Assembly (NCBI GenBank): GCA_964556485.1
Contig: CAZKVV010000001.1
Location: 148,551-212,550 of the forward strand
DNA from: an uncultured Pseudomonadales bacterium
Lineage (GTDB): Bacteria; Patescibacteriota; Microgenomatia; UBA1400; PJMF01
DNA: 64,000 nt
Reading direction: 5' to 3'
Part shown: positions 7,434 to 17,653 of the stretch, one piece after another
Position numbering within the stretch: position 1 is the first letter of the stretch
Layout: the number at the start of each line of letters is the position of its first letter
Translations under genes and position numbers: made by a program
The notes under the pieces: generated by a model
What the model was told of the DNA's origin: nothing
The model's input: the letters and a program-made list of their open reading frames with translations, nothing else
Databases searched by the model: none

Positions 7434-10355
7434 TTAGTCCAGGTTTTCTACAGATGCAGCGACGTCATTTTGAGCAGCACTAGGGTCTTCGCCAGCGTCT
7501 TCTTCAGTCTCATCCAGCTCGCCCTCAATCTGTTTGAAAGTCAGAGCAACAGCAACCACTTGATCGGTGCTCTTGAGGCGCATGAGGATGACACCTTGTG
7601 TTGGACGTGTGAGGACCGGAATTGACTTTTTGGTTAGTGGAAGCTTAATGGTCTGCCCTTCTTTGGTGGTGATCACAACTTCTTTGTGTTCATCGGCTAC
7701 AACCTTGCGTGCACTTGCGACTTTGCCAGTCTTTTTGGTAATTTCAGCCACCTTAACGCCCATTCCTGATCGTTTCTGAATAGGATACTGATCTAGGTCT
7801 GTGCGTTTGCCCATGCCGTTTTCAGTAATAAGTAGCAGCTGACGTTCGGTTGCTTCTTTAGAAAGATCTGTGGTCCTGCTGAGAACTTCAAACCCAACCA
7901 CATAGTCATTCTTTTGTAAGGTTATGCCTTTAACACCCTTGGTATCACGGTTTGAAGATTTTACTTCTTCTTCAAGGAAGCGAATGGATTTTCCATCATG
8001 ACTGATCAACATGATTTCGTCTGAACCATTCGATAGTTGACTGTTCACCAACGAGTCGCCTTCATTAAGTGTGATAGCAATGATGCCGTTTTGACGAATG
8101 TTGTCATAAAGTTTAACCGCAGTCTTTTTAACCAAACCATGAGTAGTTGCTAAACTGATGAATTTTTCAGAATCTTTTTCTGGATCTACTACCAATAGTG
8201 CTTGGACAGTTTCCTCTGGCTGCAAATTAACTAGATTGACCATTGCAGTGCCCTTGGCTTGACGAGATGACTCTGGAATTTCAAAAGCGCGCAACTTAAA
8301 TACTTTGCCACGATTGGTGAATACCAAGAGAAAGTCATGCGTGTTGACTGTAAGTAGTGTGGTGACCACGTCTTCAGCCTTCATTTTTACGCCAATACTC
8401 CCCTTCCCTCCTCTGGATTGAGTCCTAAATGAACCTGGGCTGAGTCGTTTGATGTAGCCAGTTTCTGTAAGGGTAATCACAGCTTCTTCGTTTGCAATTA
8501 GATCTTCCTCTGAGAACTCGCCAACTTTGCCTTTGACCAACTGAGTGCGACGCTTGTCTCCGTAGAGAGCAATGAGCTCGTCAGTTTCAGTCTTAATGAC
8601 AGACAGAATGTTGGTAGGTTGAGATAACAAAGTAATGAGTTGCTCGAGTGTTTTCTTAACAGTGTCGTACTCATCTTCAATCTTTTGACGTTCGAGCGCA
8701 GCAAGTCGTTTGAGTTGCATTTCAAGAATTGCGGTAGCTTGGATGTGTGACAGACCAAACTTTTTCATCAATGCTTCGCGGGCGGCGTCGGTGTCTGCAG
8801 AGCGACGAATGGTCTCGATCACGTCATCCAGGTTGGCAAGCGCAATGAGCAAGCCTTCAAGAATATGTGCGCGGTCTCGAGCTTGGATCAGCTCTTGTTG
8901 GCTCCGTTTAACAATAACTAACTGACGGTGAGCAATAAACTCCATCAAAATTTGCTTGATGTTCATGAGCTGAGGCGTGCCTTCACTACTGAGGGCAACC
9001 ATGTTCATGGAGAAGTTTGTTTGTAGTTCGGAGTATTTAAAAAGTTTGTTGAGCACCACTTTTGGAATGGCGTCGCGTTTGAGTTCGATCGTAATCTGCA
9101 TACCTTTGCGGTCAGAATCGTCATTAAGATCTTTGATACCAACAATCTTTTTATCGCGAACTAACTGCACAATTTTTTGGAGTAATCGAGCCTTATTAAC
9201 CTGGTATGGTAGTTCTGTGACAATAATTTGGAAGCCACCTTTTTTGGTTTCAACAATGGAAGCCTTGGCTCTAACGACAACTTTACCTTTACCGGTTTTA
9301 TACCCTTCAGTAATGGCTTTGATGTCATACATGATACCGCCGGTTGGAAAGTCAGGACCTTTCACATGAGTCATTATGTCATCGATAGTAGCCGTAGTTT
9401 GGAAAATTCCAGCTAGTTCTTCAGGCTGAGTAGCGAGTAGCAAATCGATTTGCGCATGCATTGTTTGAATAGCATCGGCGGTGTGTTTACCAGTTGCCTT
9501 GGACTCTGTGCGCTCTGGCATCACAAAGGTGCTGGTTTCCGCTCTTGCCGCACTTCCAGCAGCAATAACTGCCATGATTGCGGTGCATACTTCAGTAAGA
9601 TTATGCGGTGGAATTTTGGTGGCCATACCTACAGCAATACCCTCTGCACCCATCAAAAGTAAGTTTGGTAGTTTTGCTGGTAGCACGGTTGGTTCTTGTA
9701 GCGAACCATCAAAGTTATCGGTGAATGGAACCGTGTTTTTGTCGATGTCAGTGAGTAATTCTTTAGTGATTTTAGCCATGCGAGCCTCGGTATAACGCAT
9801 AGCAGCTGGACTGTCACCATCGACAGAACCAAAGTTACCTTGACCATCAATAAGCTCGTAACGCATACTAAAATCTTGGGCTAAGCGGACCAAAGCCATG
9901 TACACGGAAGAATCACCGTGTGGATGGTACTTACCCAAAACGTCTCCAACAATACGAGCCGATTTTTTGTAGGCAGTGTTGTAATGAATACCACTGCGAT
10001 GCATGGAGTACAAAATACGTCTGTGCACTGGTTTAAGTCCGTCACGAACATCAGGAAGTGCGCGAGAAACGATCACGCTCATGGCGTAATCGAGATAACT
10101 TTTTTCCATTTCATCTTTAATGGAAATGTACTTGAGTTTACCAAAACGAGAATCTTCAATAGTGCCAACCATGTCACCACCAACTGCAATTGGCGCAATT
10201 TTTGGAGCCGCAGCTAGATCGGTTTCTTCTGTAATTTCACTTTCCTCTTCCTCACTATCTACTTCAGTGGATTCATCCTCGGTCTCAGATTCATCTTCTG
10301 AATCGAACTCGAGCTCTTCAATTTCTTCTAGTTGGTTCTTTTCCTCGTCTGTCAT
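7434..10355 (-). CDS. gyrA: DNA gyrase subunit A
   Basis: [34 protein letters not shown], the catalytic Tyr region, GyrA-box beta-pinwheel repeats and an acidic C-tail. A 61-aa acidic N-terminal extension precedes an internal Met (alternative start) about 180 nt downstream of the annotated ATG at 10355, so coding from about coordinate 10175 downward. There is an insertion of about 60 aa before GPDFPTGG. Confidence 0.95.
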   Translation of the reverse strand: MTDEEKNQLEEIEELEFDSEDESETEDESTEVDSEEEESEITEETDLAAAPKIAPIAVGGDMVGTIEDSRFGKLKYISIKDEMEKSYLDYAMSVIVSRALPDVRDGLKPVHRRILYSMHRSGIHYNTAYKKSARIVGDVLGKYHPHGDSSVYMALVRLAQDFSMRYELIDGQGNFGSVDGDSPAAMRYTEARMAKITKELLTDIDKNTVPFTDNFDGSLQEPTVLPAKLPNLLLMGAEGIAVGMATKIPPHNLTEVCTAIMAVIAAGSAARAETSTFVMPERTESKATGKHTADAIQTMHAQIDLLLATQPEELAGIFQTTATIDDIMTHVKGPDFPTGGIMYDIKAITEGYKTGKGKVVVRAKASIVETKKGGFQIIVTELPYQVNKARLLQKIVQLVRDKKIVGIKDLNDDSDRKGMQITIELKRDAIPKVVLNKLFKYSELQTNFSMNMVALSSEGTPQLMNIKQILMEFIAHRQLVIVKRSQQELIQARDRAHILEGLLIALANLDDVIETIRRSADTDAAREALMKKFGLSHIQATAILEMQLKRLAALERQKIEDEYDTVKKTLEQLITLLSQPTNILSVIKTETDELIALYGDKRRTQLVKGKVGEFSEEDLIANEEAVITLTETGYIKRLSPGSFRTQSRGGKGSIGVKMKAEDVVTTLLTVNTHDFLLVFTNRGKVFKLRAFEIPESSRQAKGTAMVNLVNLQPEETVQALLVVDPEKDSEKFISLATTHGLVKKTAVKLYDNIRQNGIIAITLNEGDSLVNSQLSNGSDEIMLISHDGKSIRFLEEEVKSSNRDTKGVKGITLQKNDYVVGFEVLSRTTDLSKEATERQLLLITENGMGKRTDLDQYPIQKRSGMGVKVAEITKKTGKVASARKVVADEHKEVVITTKEGQTIKLPLTKKSIPVLTRPTQGVILMRLKSTDQVVAVALTFKQIEGELDETEEDAGEDPSAAQNDVAASVENLD

Positions 10356-10382
10356 ATCGTGTGTTTTCTAACTATTGTTGGT

Positions 10383-11327
10383 TTAAGCCAGCGCTTTCTC
10401 TATTGCTGGTGCAATTTCTTTTTTACGTGACATCTTGGGACCAATGTCGAGAATATTGTCGGTAACAGTGCCGCCAAACGCTCTGGTTGCAACAACAGCT
10501 TCATCTTCGCCCATGATGAGTAGCTTAGTATTTACCTTGAGGATATCTGTGATGGCAACGAACAAGAGCGGCACTTGCATCTCCGATTTAACGGTTTGCA
10601 TTGCAGCAAGTAATTCTGCTTTTCTTTCAACTACTAGGATATCTTGTTCAACAGTCTCGAGTTGATCGATCATGGTTTTAGTGCCAAAATCGAACACTTT
10701 GTAATCATTCTTTACAATTTGCTCTATTGTGAGTGAGGAAATATTAGACTTGGCTTTGAAGATTTCAAGCGTAAAAGCGTCAATGTCAGTTACTTCAGCA
10801 ATTGTAGCAAGTTCCATGCCGAAATCTTTGTCTGTTTGCGTGGTTGTTGCTGATTTAAAGCCAACGGTGTCAGAAAGAATTGCAGCAAGCATGAGAGACG
10901 CAATTAATTTATCTGGCACAACGGCACACTGCTTCATCATCCAATACACAATGGTTGAACTAGCGCCCCAAGCCTTGAAAGTCATGAAAACTGGCTGAGA
11001 AAGGTTGAGTTTTGCCTTGTGGTGGTCGACGATTTCAACAATGAGACTTTCATCGAGCCCATCCATACGTTGATCTGCCTCGTTGTGGTCCACTAATACG
11101 ACCGTGTCCCCTTCTGCCAGATCTGCTGCTGAAATAATTCGAGGTGGTGTGACGCCAAATTTTTCGAGTAAAAACCTGGTTTCTGGATTAAGTTCCTCGG
11201 TGATAGCTGCCATTGGATTGGTATATCCAAAGCAGTCTTGTTGTTTAAAAAGAAACTCAAGTGCCATAGGGGCAACTACTGCATCTGTATCTGGTTTTTT
11301 GTGGCCTAAAATGTAGGTGGTTGGCAT
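10383..11327 (-). CDS. ppaC: manganese-dependent inorganic pyrophosphatase (family II, DHH-DHHA2)
   Basis: MPTTYILGHKKPDTDAV, VLVDHNE and IVDHH motifs and a C-terminal SRKKEIAP; co-linear with Bacillus PpaC. AAGGAGG RBS. Confidence 0.85.
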   Translation of the reverse strand: MPTTYILGHKKPDTDAVVAPMALEFLFKQQDCFGYTNPMAAITEELNPETRFLLEKFGVTPPRIISAADLAEGDTVVLVDHNEADQRMDGLDESLIVEIVDHHKAKLNLSQPVFMTFKAWGASSTIVYWMMKQCAVVPDKLIASLMLAAILSDTVGFKSATTTQTDKDFGMELATIAEVTDIDAFTLEIFKAKSNISSLTIEQIVKNDYKVFDFGTKTMIDQLETVEQDILVVERKAELLAAMQTVKSEMQVPLLFVAITDILKVNTKLLIMGEDEAVVATRAFGGTVTDNILDIGPKMSRKKEIAPAIEKALA

Positions 11328-11346
11328 GTTCCTCCTTCTGAATGTT

Positions 11347-13362
11347 CTATACGTCAATTTCTGCTAATTTTGCATGCGTCTGGATGAAGCGTTTGCGTGG
11401 AGCCACATCGTCACCCATGAGTGTGGTGAAGGTTGTGTCTGCATGGTGCGCATCTTCAATAGTGACACGTTTAAGCATTCTGGTTTGTGGATTCATGGTT
11501 GTGTCCCAGAGTTGCTCTGGGTTCATTTCTCCCAAACCTTTGTAGCGTTGAATGCCAATGTTTGCAGTTGGATTTTGTGCCTTAATTTCAGCTACTTTGG
11601 TGTTGCGCTCTTCTTCACTATAAACGTAGTGATCGGTCTTTCCGTAGTTCACCTTGAAGAGTGGTGGCATTGCGATATAGAGGTAGCCTTGTTGTACAAC
11701 CTCTGGTAAATGACGGAAAAAGAAAGTCAGACCAAGTGTTGTAATATGCTCACCGTCAACGTCAGCGTCATTCATAAGAATAATGCGATGATAACGAAGT
11801 TTGTCTGGGTCAAAGGTTTCGCCGATACCAGCTCCAAGGGCAATAACCAAGTTTTTGAGTTCTTCGAAAGCCACAATTTTGTCGAGGCGTGCGCGCTCGG
11901 TGTTAAGGATTTTTCCTCTGAGTGGGAAAATAGCTTGGAACTTGCGGTCTCTTCCCTGTTTTGCGGAGCCACCTGCAGAGTCACCCTCTACAATGTAAAT
12001 TTCTGAATCTGCGGCAATTTTACTTTGACAGTCTGCCAATTTTCCTGGCAATGAGCCGGTTTCGAAGACGCCTTTGCGGATAACGGCATCTTTGGCGGCG
12101 CGAGCAGCCATGCGAGCGCGAGCTGAGAGCATCACCTTCTCGATGATAACCTTACCAGCTTGAGGATCTTCTTCGAGGAATGTTTCAAATCCTTCTTTAA
12201 AAATGGAGTACACAGCCGATTGGGCTTCACCATTATTCAATTTTGTTTTGGTTTGAGATTCAAACTGCAAGTCATTTGATGGCATTTTGACAAACACCAC
12301 TGCCGAAAGGCCTTCTTTTAAGTCTTCAGCAGAAAAACTTTCTTTATCTTTTACCAACCCATGATCTTTAGCATATTTTCTCAGCACATTACTCAAAGCT
12401 GTTCTAAAACCATTGACGTGGGCACCGCCATCTGCAGTGTGAATCACGTTTACGTACGATTCGAGTCGTTCAGTGTAGGTGTCGTTGTACTGCACGGCAA
12501 TTTCAACGCCAATCCCCTTCCCTGTGTTTTCATCAACCCATCTGCCTTCGGTGTACATTACTTTATGGAGTGGTTTTTTGCTCATGTTTATATGTTCAAC
12601 CAATGAACGGATACCACCTTCAAAGTAGTAGTGCTCTTCTGTGGCATCGATAGTGTCTATATATTGAAAATAAATGCCAGCCATGAGGTAGGCACGGTCC
12701 TTTATGATGCTGACCAAGGTCCTGTGACTAAAGCCGGTTGTTGAAAAAATGGTAGAGTCAGGAATGAACTGCAGCATTGTGCCATTTTGATATGTTACGA
12801 AACGTTTTGATTCAATTGGAAATAGATCTAACACTTTTTTTTCTGAAATTTTGGCAACTTCAGCTAATGGATTACCTTGTGAGTAGTATTGGTAGTAATA
12901 TGCTTTGTCTCTCTTAACAACAACTTGTAGTAAATTTGAGAGTGCGTTTACTGCCGAAGAACCAACACCATGGAGTCCACCTGAAGCTTGGTAGGCGGTT
13001 TCCTCAAACTTGCCACCAGCATGTAATTTAGTGAGTACTACTTGTAGTGCAGACACACCTGAACTGTGCATATCAACCGGGATACCACGGCCATTATCGA
13101 CAACGGTAATTGCTTCTTTTTCAGTGAGGGTTTTACCTGCCAATTTACTATGGTGTTCGGTGACTGGAGAACGGAATAATTGGATGCCTTTGCCAAAGCC
13201 AGCAATTGCTTCGTCAACAGCGTTATCGAGGATTTCTTTTGCGAGGTGATGTAGCCCACGTGCGTCCGTGGAACCAATGTACATACCCGGTCGCTTGCGC
13301 ACCGGCTCAAGTCCCTCAAGGACCTTGATTTCTGAGGCTTGGTAACTTGCTTGTTTGGACAT
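11347..13362 (-). CDS. gyrB: DNA gyrase subunit B
   Basis: GHKL ATPase N-terminus, TOPRIM domain (EGDSAGGSAKQGRDR) and C-terminal YKGLGEMNPEQLWDTTMNP. Confidence 0.95.
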   Translation of the reverse strand: MSKQASYQASEIKVLEGLEPVRKRPGMYIGSTDARGLHHLAKEILDNAVDEAIAGFGKGIQLFRSPVTEHHSKLAGKTLTEKEAITVVDNGRGIPVDMHSSGVSALQVVLTKLHAGGKFEETAYQASGGLHGVGSSAVNALSNLLQVVVKRDKAYYYQYYSQGNPLAEVAKISEKKVLDLFPIESKRFVTYQNGTMLQFIPDSTIFSTTGFSHRTLVSIIKDRAYLMAGIYFQYIDTIDATEEHYYFEGGIRSLVEHINMSKKPLHKVMYTEGRWVDENTGKGIGVEIAVQYNDTYTERLESYVNVIHTADGGAHVNGFRTALSNVLRKYAKDHGLVKDKESFSAEDLKEGLSAVVFVKMPSNDLQFESQTKTKLNNGEAQSAVYSIFKEGFETFLEEDPQAGKVIIEKVMLSARARMAARAAKDAVIRKGVFETGSLPGKLADCQSKIAADSEIYIVEGDSAGGSAKQGRDRKFQAIFPLRGKILNTERARLDKIVAFEELKNLVIALGAGIGETFDPDKLRYHRIILMNDADVDGEHITTLGLTFFFRHLPEVVQQGYLYIAMPPLFKVNYGKTDHYVYSEEERNTKVAEIKAQNPTANIGIQRYKGLGEMNPEQLWDTTMNPQTRMLKRVTIEDAHHADTTFTTLMGDDVAPRKRFIQTHAKLAEIDV

Positions 13363-13642
13363 ACGACTGCTCTCTTATTAGCTCTATCAGAACCACTTTT
13401 ATACCACAACTAGATAGCAAACACAAAACTAACTTTCTGCCGAAAATCGGCCATTACAGAGGTTGATATTATCACAGTTTTATCTGGCATACTAGATGAG
13501 CAGTTTAAATATGCAATAAACGGTCTGTTTGCGAGTTGAAATGCTGATTCTTCAACGTTATCAATCTATAAGGTACTATATCAAAACATATATGAATGTA
13601 TAAAAATGATTGATGTAGCGCACAGAACAAATAATGCCCTGT

Positions 13643-13671
13643 ATTAGCAGTCAAGTTGATAGACTGCTAAT
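13643..13671. repeat. hairpin element ATTAGCAGTC-N9-GACTGCTAAT (copy 1 of 2)
   Basis: 10-bp perfect stem. The same stem with a different 9-nt loop occurs at 18936-18964. Confidence 0.6.
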
Positions 13672-13710
13672 TGCCTGTTCCATTCTAGTTTCTCTCCAAA
13701 CAGAATGGCG

Positions 13711-14403
13711 CTAACTTGGAAGTGAAAAAAGTGCTGTTTCGACAACGAGTTGAGGGTTGCAGTTGGCAGCTAATCTGCGGTTGAGTGTGAGTAGAATATG
13801 TACCGTTTTTTGTAGCTCTTTTTTGTCTGGATTCTGTTGAACTGCAGCATGAAAAAAACGCAGTGCTTGGTGACAAAATGCAGTTGCTGTCTCTCTTTCT
13901 TTTAGTTGTAGGGCGAGGTCGATTTTTTCAAGTACTGTCAGTGATAAAAGGTTTGAAAGAGCTGGATGTTCTGGGATTGGTGATTGGCCAGTCTTGTCAT
14001 CAGTTTTGCTCGCTTTGTAATACACCAATGTGCACCTTGATTTGAGTGTTTCGAGCAGTGGTGCGGTGGTGGTAGTTACTAGAACTAAGAGTGTGTGAGT
14101 CGGTGGTTCTTCGAGCTGTTTGAGCAGCGCATTTTGTGCAGGAATCGTGGCTGTTTGAAACTGTTCAATTACATACACCTGTGGTTGCGAAGCTACAGCT
14201 GCGAAACTGAGTTGGGTTTGTAGTTTTCGCGCATCTTCAATTTTGAAACCTTCAGCAGAAGCATAGAGAGTGATGACTGGTTTAATCTCGTTCGTTTTGA
14301 AAGTTGCCAGTATTTCTTGGACATGTTGCAACCCTGCGGCTTCGTGATCAACGCTCGGGACATCGGTGACGATTAGTGGTGTAAAAAAGTGTGCGGAACT
14401 CAT
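13711..14403 (-). CDS. holB: DNA polymerase III delta-prime-like subunit (short, no P-loop)
   Basis: ALLKQLEEPP and LKSRC motifs are typical of clamp-loader delta-prime. 230 aa, lacks Walker A. Confidence 0.6.
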   Translation of the reverse strand: MSSAHFFTPLIVTDVPSVDHEAAGLQHVQEILATFKTNEIKPVITLYASAEGFKIEDARKLQTQLSFAAVASQPQVYVIEQFQTATIPAQNALLKQLEEPPTHTLLVLVTTTTAPLLETLKSRCTLVYYKASKTDDKTGQSPIPEHPALSNLLSLTVLEKIDLALQLKERETATAFCHQALRFFHAAVQQNPDKKELQKTVHILLTLNRRLAANCNPQLVVETALFSLPS

Positions 14404-14470
14404 GTGGTTTGTTTATATCATGTGACAGCTATTGTTGCGCTGTAGCTTTTCCATTATAGTAGTATGAGTT

Positions 14471-16570
14471 ATGCAAGATCCTGCCCAAGATCAAAAACCA
14501 CTTGCTATTCCGGAAAACAAACCTGTCAACAGTATGGGTGGCATTGGTGGACCGGTAAATGACGCGGTTACTCCTCAAACAAGTGACCCAATGATGACCG
14601 ATGATGTGACTATGGCAGTGTCAACAGATGCTGATGCCGCGATTGTTCCAGAAATACTGGTAACGCCAGTTGCTGAAGTTGCAGCGGATCCACCTACTTT
14701 TGCTGCTCCCACCCTCGAACCTCCTCTCATGCCTGTTGTTGAACCTGTTCCACTTCCACTTACCCCTGATGCGGCGATTGCTGCGCTTCCGGTTCCCCCA
14801 GTAGCCGACCCAACTGCAACATTGCCCGGTCTGAGTGGTATGCCAAATACCATTTTAGATATTTTGCTTACCAAGGGCAGCATCACCCAAGATGCATTCA
14901 ACCAAATTACTGTTGAGCATATTAGTACCGGTGCACCTGTTGAATTGATTCTTTCAGATAAAAATTACGCTTCTGAAGAAGACATCACCCGCGCGAAGTC
15001 TGAACTCAATAACATTCCATTTGTAAAGATTTCCGAGTCCGGTAACGATCCACAGGCGCTCACCCAACTTCCAGAGAGTGTGGCTCGTACCTATAAAATG
15101 TTGCCGATTTCCTACGATAAGGCCGAAAACCACATGGTTGTGGCGATGATTAACCCGTTGGATTTGGCGGCTATCGACTTTGCTGAGAAGAAATCGGGCG
15201 TTCGCATTGATGCCAGGTATGCCATGCCGAGTGAACTCGAGCGTAGTTTAGCCGAGCACTATTCACAATCGCTTTCAAGTGAAGTTACCGCTGCCTTGGA
15301 GGAAACCACCCAAGTTGCGGATACCAAGCAGCGTAAACAAGATTTTTCCGAACTATCAGGTGAAACCATTCGCCAAGCCCCTATTACCAAGATCGTGCAC
15401 ACTATTGTTGAGTTTGCTATGAAGGCACTCGCTTCAGACATTCACATTGAACCTCAAGATGGTCGAACTCGCGTGCGATATCGTATAGACGGTATTTTGC
15501 AAGAAAAGTTGATTCTCCCCTCCTCTGTGCATGATGCCGTGGTTTCCAGAATTAAAATTTTGTGTAATTTGAAGATAGATGAAAAACGCGTGCCTCAAGA
15601 TGGTCGCTTTAACTTCCGTGAGAATGATCAAGAAGTTGACCTTCGTGTGTCAACGTTGCCAACCATTCATGGTGAGAAGATCGTGATGCGTCTACTAAAG
15701 AAGGATGAGTCGGTCCCTGAGCTCCCAGATCTTGGTTTGACCGGCCTCGCCCTTCGCCAGGTACAAGATGCGAGTAAGGTTCCTCACGGCATTGTCTTAG
15801 TTACTGGTCCTACTGGTTCTGGTAAAACTACGACCCTATATTCGGTACTACATAGAATTAATTCACCAAAAGTGAATATTATGACGCTCGAAGATCCGGT
15901 TGAGTACCAAATGATTGGTGTGAATCAGGTCCAGATTAATCCTCAAGCGGGCCTATCTTTTGCATCTGGTTTGAGATCCTTCCTTCGTCAAGACCCCAAT
16001 GTGATCATGGTGGGAGAAATTCGTGATTCAGAGACTGCCGAGCTGGCTATTCAAGCTGCACTCACTGGTCACTTGGTCTTTTCTACCCTACACACGTCTT
16101 CGGCAGCCGGTGCGTTGCCTCGTTTACTTGACATGGGTGCTGAGCCATTCTTGTTAGCTTCATCTATGACTTTGGTGATGGCCCAGCGTGTGGTTCGAAA
16201 AATTCATGCTGATTACAAAGAGGAATATGTTCCCGAGAAAGCCGTTCTTGATGATATCAGAAAGGTGTTAGGTGAAAAATTCGATCAATGGTGCAAGACC
16301 AAGGGAGTGAAGCCAGAAGAAATAAAGTTATACCGTGCTAAGAAAGATCGGCCACAAACTGAGCCAGAATATAAGGGGCGTATTGCTATTTTTGAGGTCA
16401 TGCAAATCACTGAAGGTATTGCAAAGCTTATTTTGGAACGACAGCCTGCATCTGAAATGGAGAAACTTGCAATGAAAGATGGTATGCTGTTAATGAAACA
16501 AGACGGCTATATCAAGGCTCTTGAAGGTATGACTACTATTGAAGAAGTACTGCGTGTAGCTCAGATTTAA
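14471..16570 (+). CDS. pilB: type IV pilus assembly ATPase PilB/GspE with a 130-aa Pro/Ala-rich N-terminal extension
   Basis: GSPII_E N-domain, Walker A (LVTGPTGSGKTTTLYS), Asp box, Walker B, His box, and a tetracysteine-less C-terminus typical of the PilB family. Confidence 0.9.
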   Translation: MQDPAQDQKPLAIPENKPVNSMGGIGGPVNDAVTPQTSDPMMTDDVTMAVSTDADAAIVPEILVTPVAEVAADPPTFAAPTLEPPLMPVVEPVPLPLTPDAAIAALPVPPVADPTATLPGLSGMPNTILDILLTKGSITQDAFNQITVEHISTGAPVELILSDKNYASEEDITRAKSELNNIPFVKISESGNDPQALTQLPESVARTYKMLPISYDKAENHMVVAMINPLDLAAIDFAEKKSGVRIDARYAMPSELERSLAEHYSQSLSSEVTAALEETTQVADTKQRKQDFSELSGETIRQAPITKIVHTIVEFAMKALASDIHIEPQDGRTRVRYRIDGILQEKLILPSSVHDAVVSRIKILCNLKIDEKRVPQDGRFNFRENDQEVDLRVSTLPTIHGEKIVMRLLKKDESVPELPDLGLTGLALRQVQDASKVPHGIVLVTGPTGSGKTTTLYSVLHRINSPKVNIMTLEDPVEYQMIGVNQVQINPQAGLSFASGLRSFLRQDPNVIMVGEIRDSETAELAIQAALTGHLVFSTLHTSSAAGALPRLLDMGAEPFLLASSMTLVMAQRVVRKIHADYKEEYVPEKAVLDDIRKVLGEKFDQWCKTKGVKPEEIKLYRAKKDRPQTEPEYKGRIAIFEVMQITEGIAKLILERQPASEMEKLAMKDGMLLMKQDGYIKALEGMTTIEEVLRVAQI

Positions 16571-16578
16571 GGAGAATT

Positions 16579-17640
16579 ATGAATATAATGGATATTTTGC
16601 AGCAGCTCGTAGACATGGAAGGCTCTGATGTCCACTTGGTGGTTGGTACACCACCGATGCTGCGTGTGCATGGCAAGTTGTTTCCGGTTGAAGGTGCGCC
16701 CGTCTTGGGTAAAGCTGAAGCCGAAGCGCTCATCCATCCACTCCTTACTCAAGAACAAAAAGATTACATTGGGGTTAATAAAGAACTTGACTTTGGCTAT
16801 CAGTTTAAAGATCATGGTCGGTTTAGAATTAACGTCTACCACGCTAAAAATGCGGTTGCCGCCGCCCTACGTTTAATTCCAAGTAAAATAAAATCATTAG
16901 AAGATCTCCAGCTTCCTTCAATTTTTCAAGATTTTACCAACTACAGACAGGGACTCGTTTTGATTACGGGTCCAACTGGTGAAGGAAAGTCCACTTCTCT
17001 TGCTGCGATGATTCAGCGCATCAATGAGACTCGTGCTGAGCATATTGTTACGATCGAAGATCCAGTTGAGTTTCTTTATACGCCAGTAAAGAGTGTGATC
17101 TCACAGCGCGAAATTAACCAAGATACGCATGGTTGGGACATAGCACTCAAATCGGTGCTTCGTGAAGATCCAGATGTGGTATTGATTGGTGAAATGCGTG
17201 ACTATGAAACAATTGCAGCTGCAGTTACTATTGCTGAAACAGGCCACTTAGTTTTTGCCACCTTGCATACCGCAACCGCTGCCCAAACGATCGACCGTAT
17301 CATTGACGTTTTTCCTGGTCATCAACAGGGACAAATTCGCCAACAACTTGCTGCTACACTGGTAGCCATTGCTTCTCAGCGCTTGTTGCCAAATACCAGC
17401 GGCGGACGCATTGCGGCACTTGAGATCATGGTTGCTAACCCTGCTATTCGAAATCTCATTCGTGAGGCTAAGACGCATCAGATCGATAATGTCATGCAAA
17501 CTTCAGCCGGTGCCGGAATGGTGCTGATGGAACATCACCTGCAACAGCTGGTTCAACGAGGCTCTGTGAGCAGAGACGTTGCTAAGGAGTATGCATTCAG
17601 AAAAGAAGATATTGATAGACTCTTAGGTATATCTGGATAA
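16579..17640 (+). CDS. pilT: twitching-motility / pilus retraction ATPase PilT
   Basis: MNIMDILQQLVDMEGSDVHLVVG, Walker A (ITGPTGEGKST) and AIRNLIRE motifs. 353 aa. Confidence 0.9.
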   Translation: MNIMDILQQLVDMEGSDVHLVVGTPPMLRVHGKLFPVEGAPVLGKAEAEALIHPLLTQEQKDYIGVNKELDFGYQFKDHGRFRINVYHAKNAVAAALRLIPSKIKSLEDLQLPSIFQDFTNYRQGLVLITGPTGEGKSTSLAAMIQRINETRAEHIVTIEDPVEFLYTPVKSVISQREINQDTHGWDIALKSVLREDPDVVLIGEMRDYETIAAAVTIAETGHLVFATLHTATAAQTIDRIIDVFPGHQQGQIRQQLAATLVAIASQRLLPNTSGGRIAALEIMVANPAIRNLIREAKTHQIDNVMQTSAGAGMVLMEHHLQQLVQRGSVSRDVAKEYAFRKEDIDRLLGISG

Positions 17641-17653
17641 ATAAAGTAGCATT

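Noticed and set aside
7567-13249. Numerous 60-130 aa ORFs on the plus strand antisense to gyrA, ppaC and gyrB (for example 8977..9369, 9481..9795, 11374..11709)
   Set aside because: They lie entirely inside well-supported minus-strand genes and are biased by Ser/Thr/Cys from antisense reading. Shadow ORFs.
13673-13708. Hairpin CCATTCT-N14-AGAATGG just after the holB-like stop, considered as a terminator
   Set aside because: No U-tract on the relevant strand and a large loop. Weak; it may be incidental.
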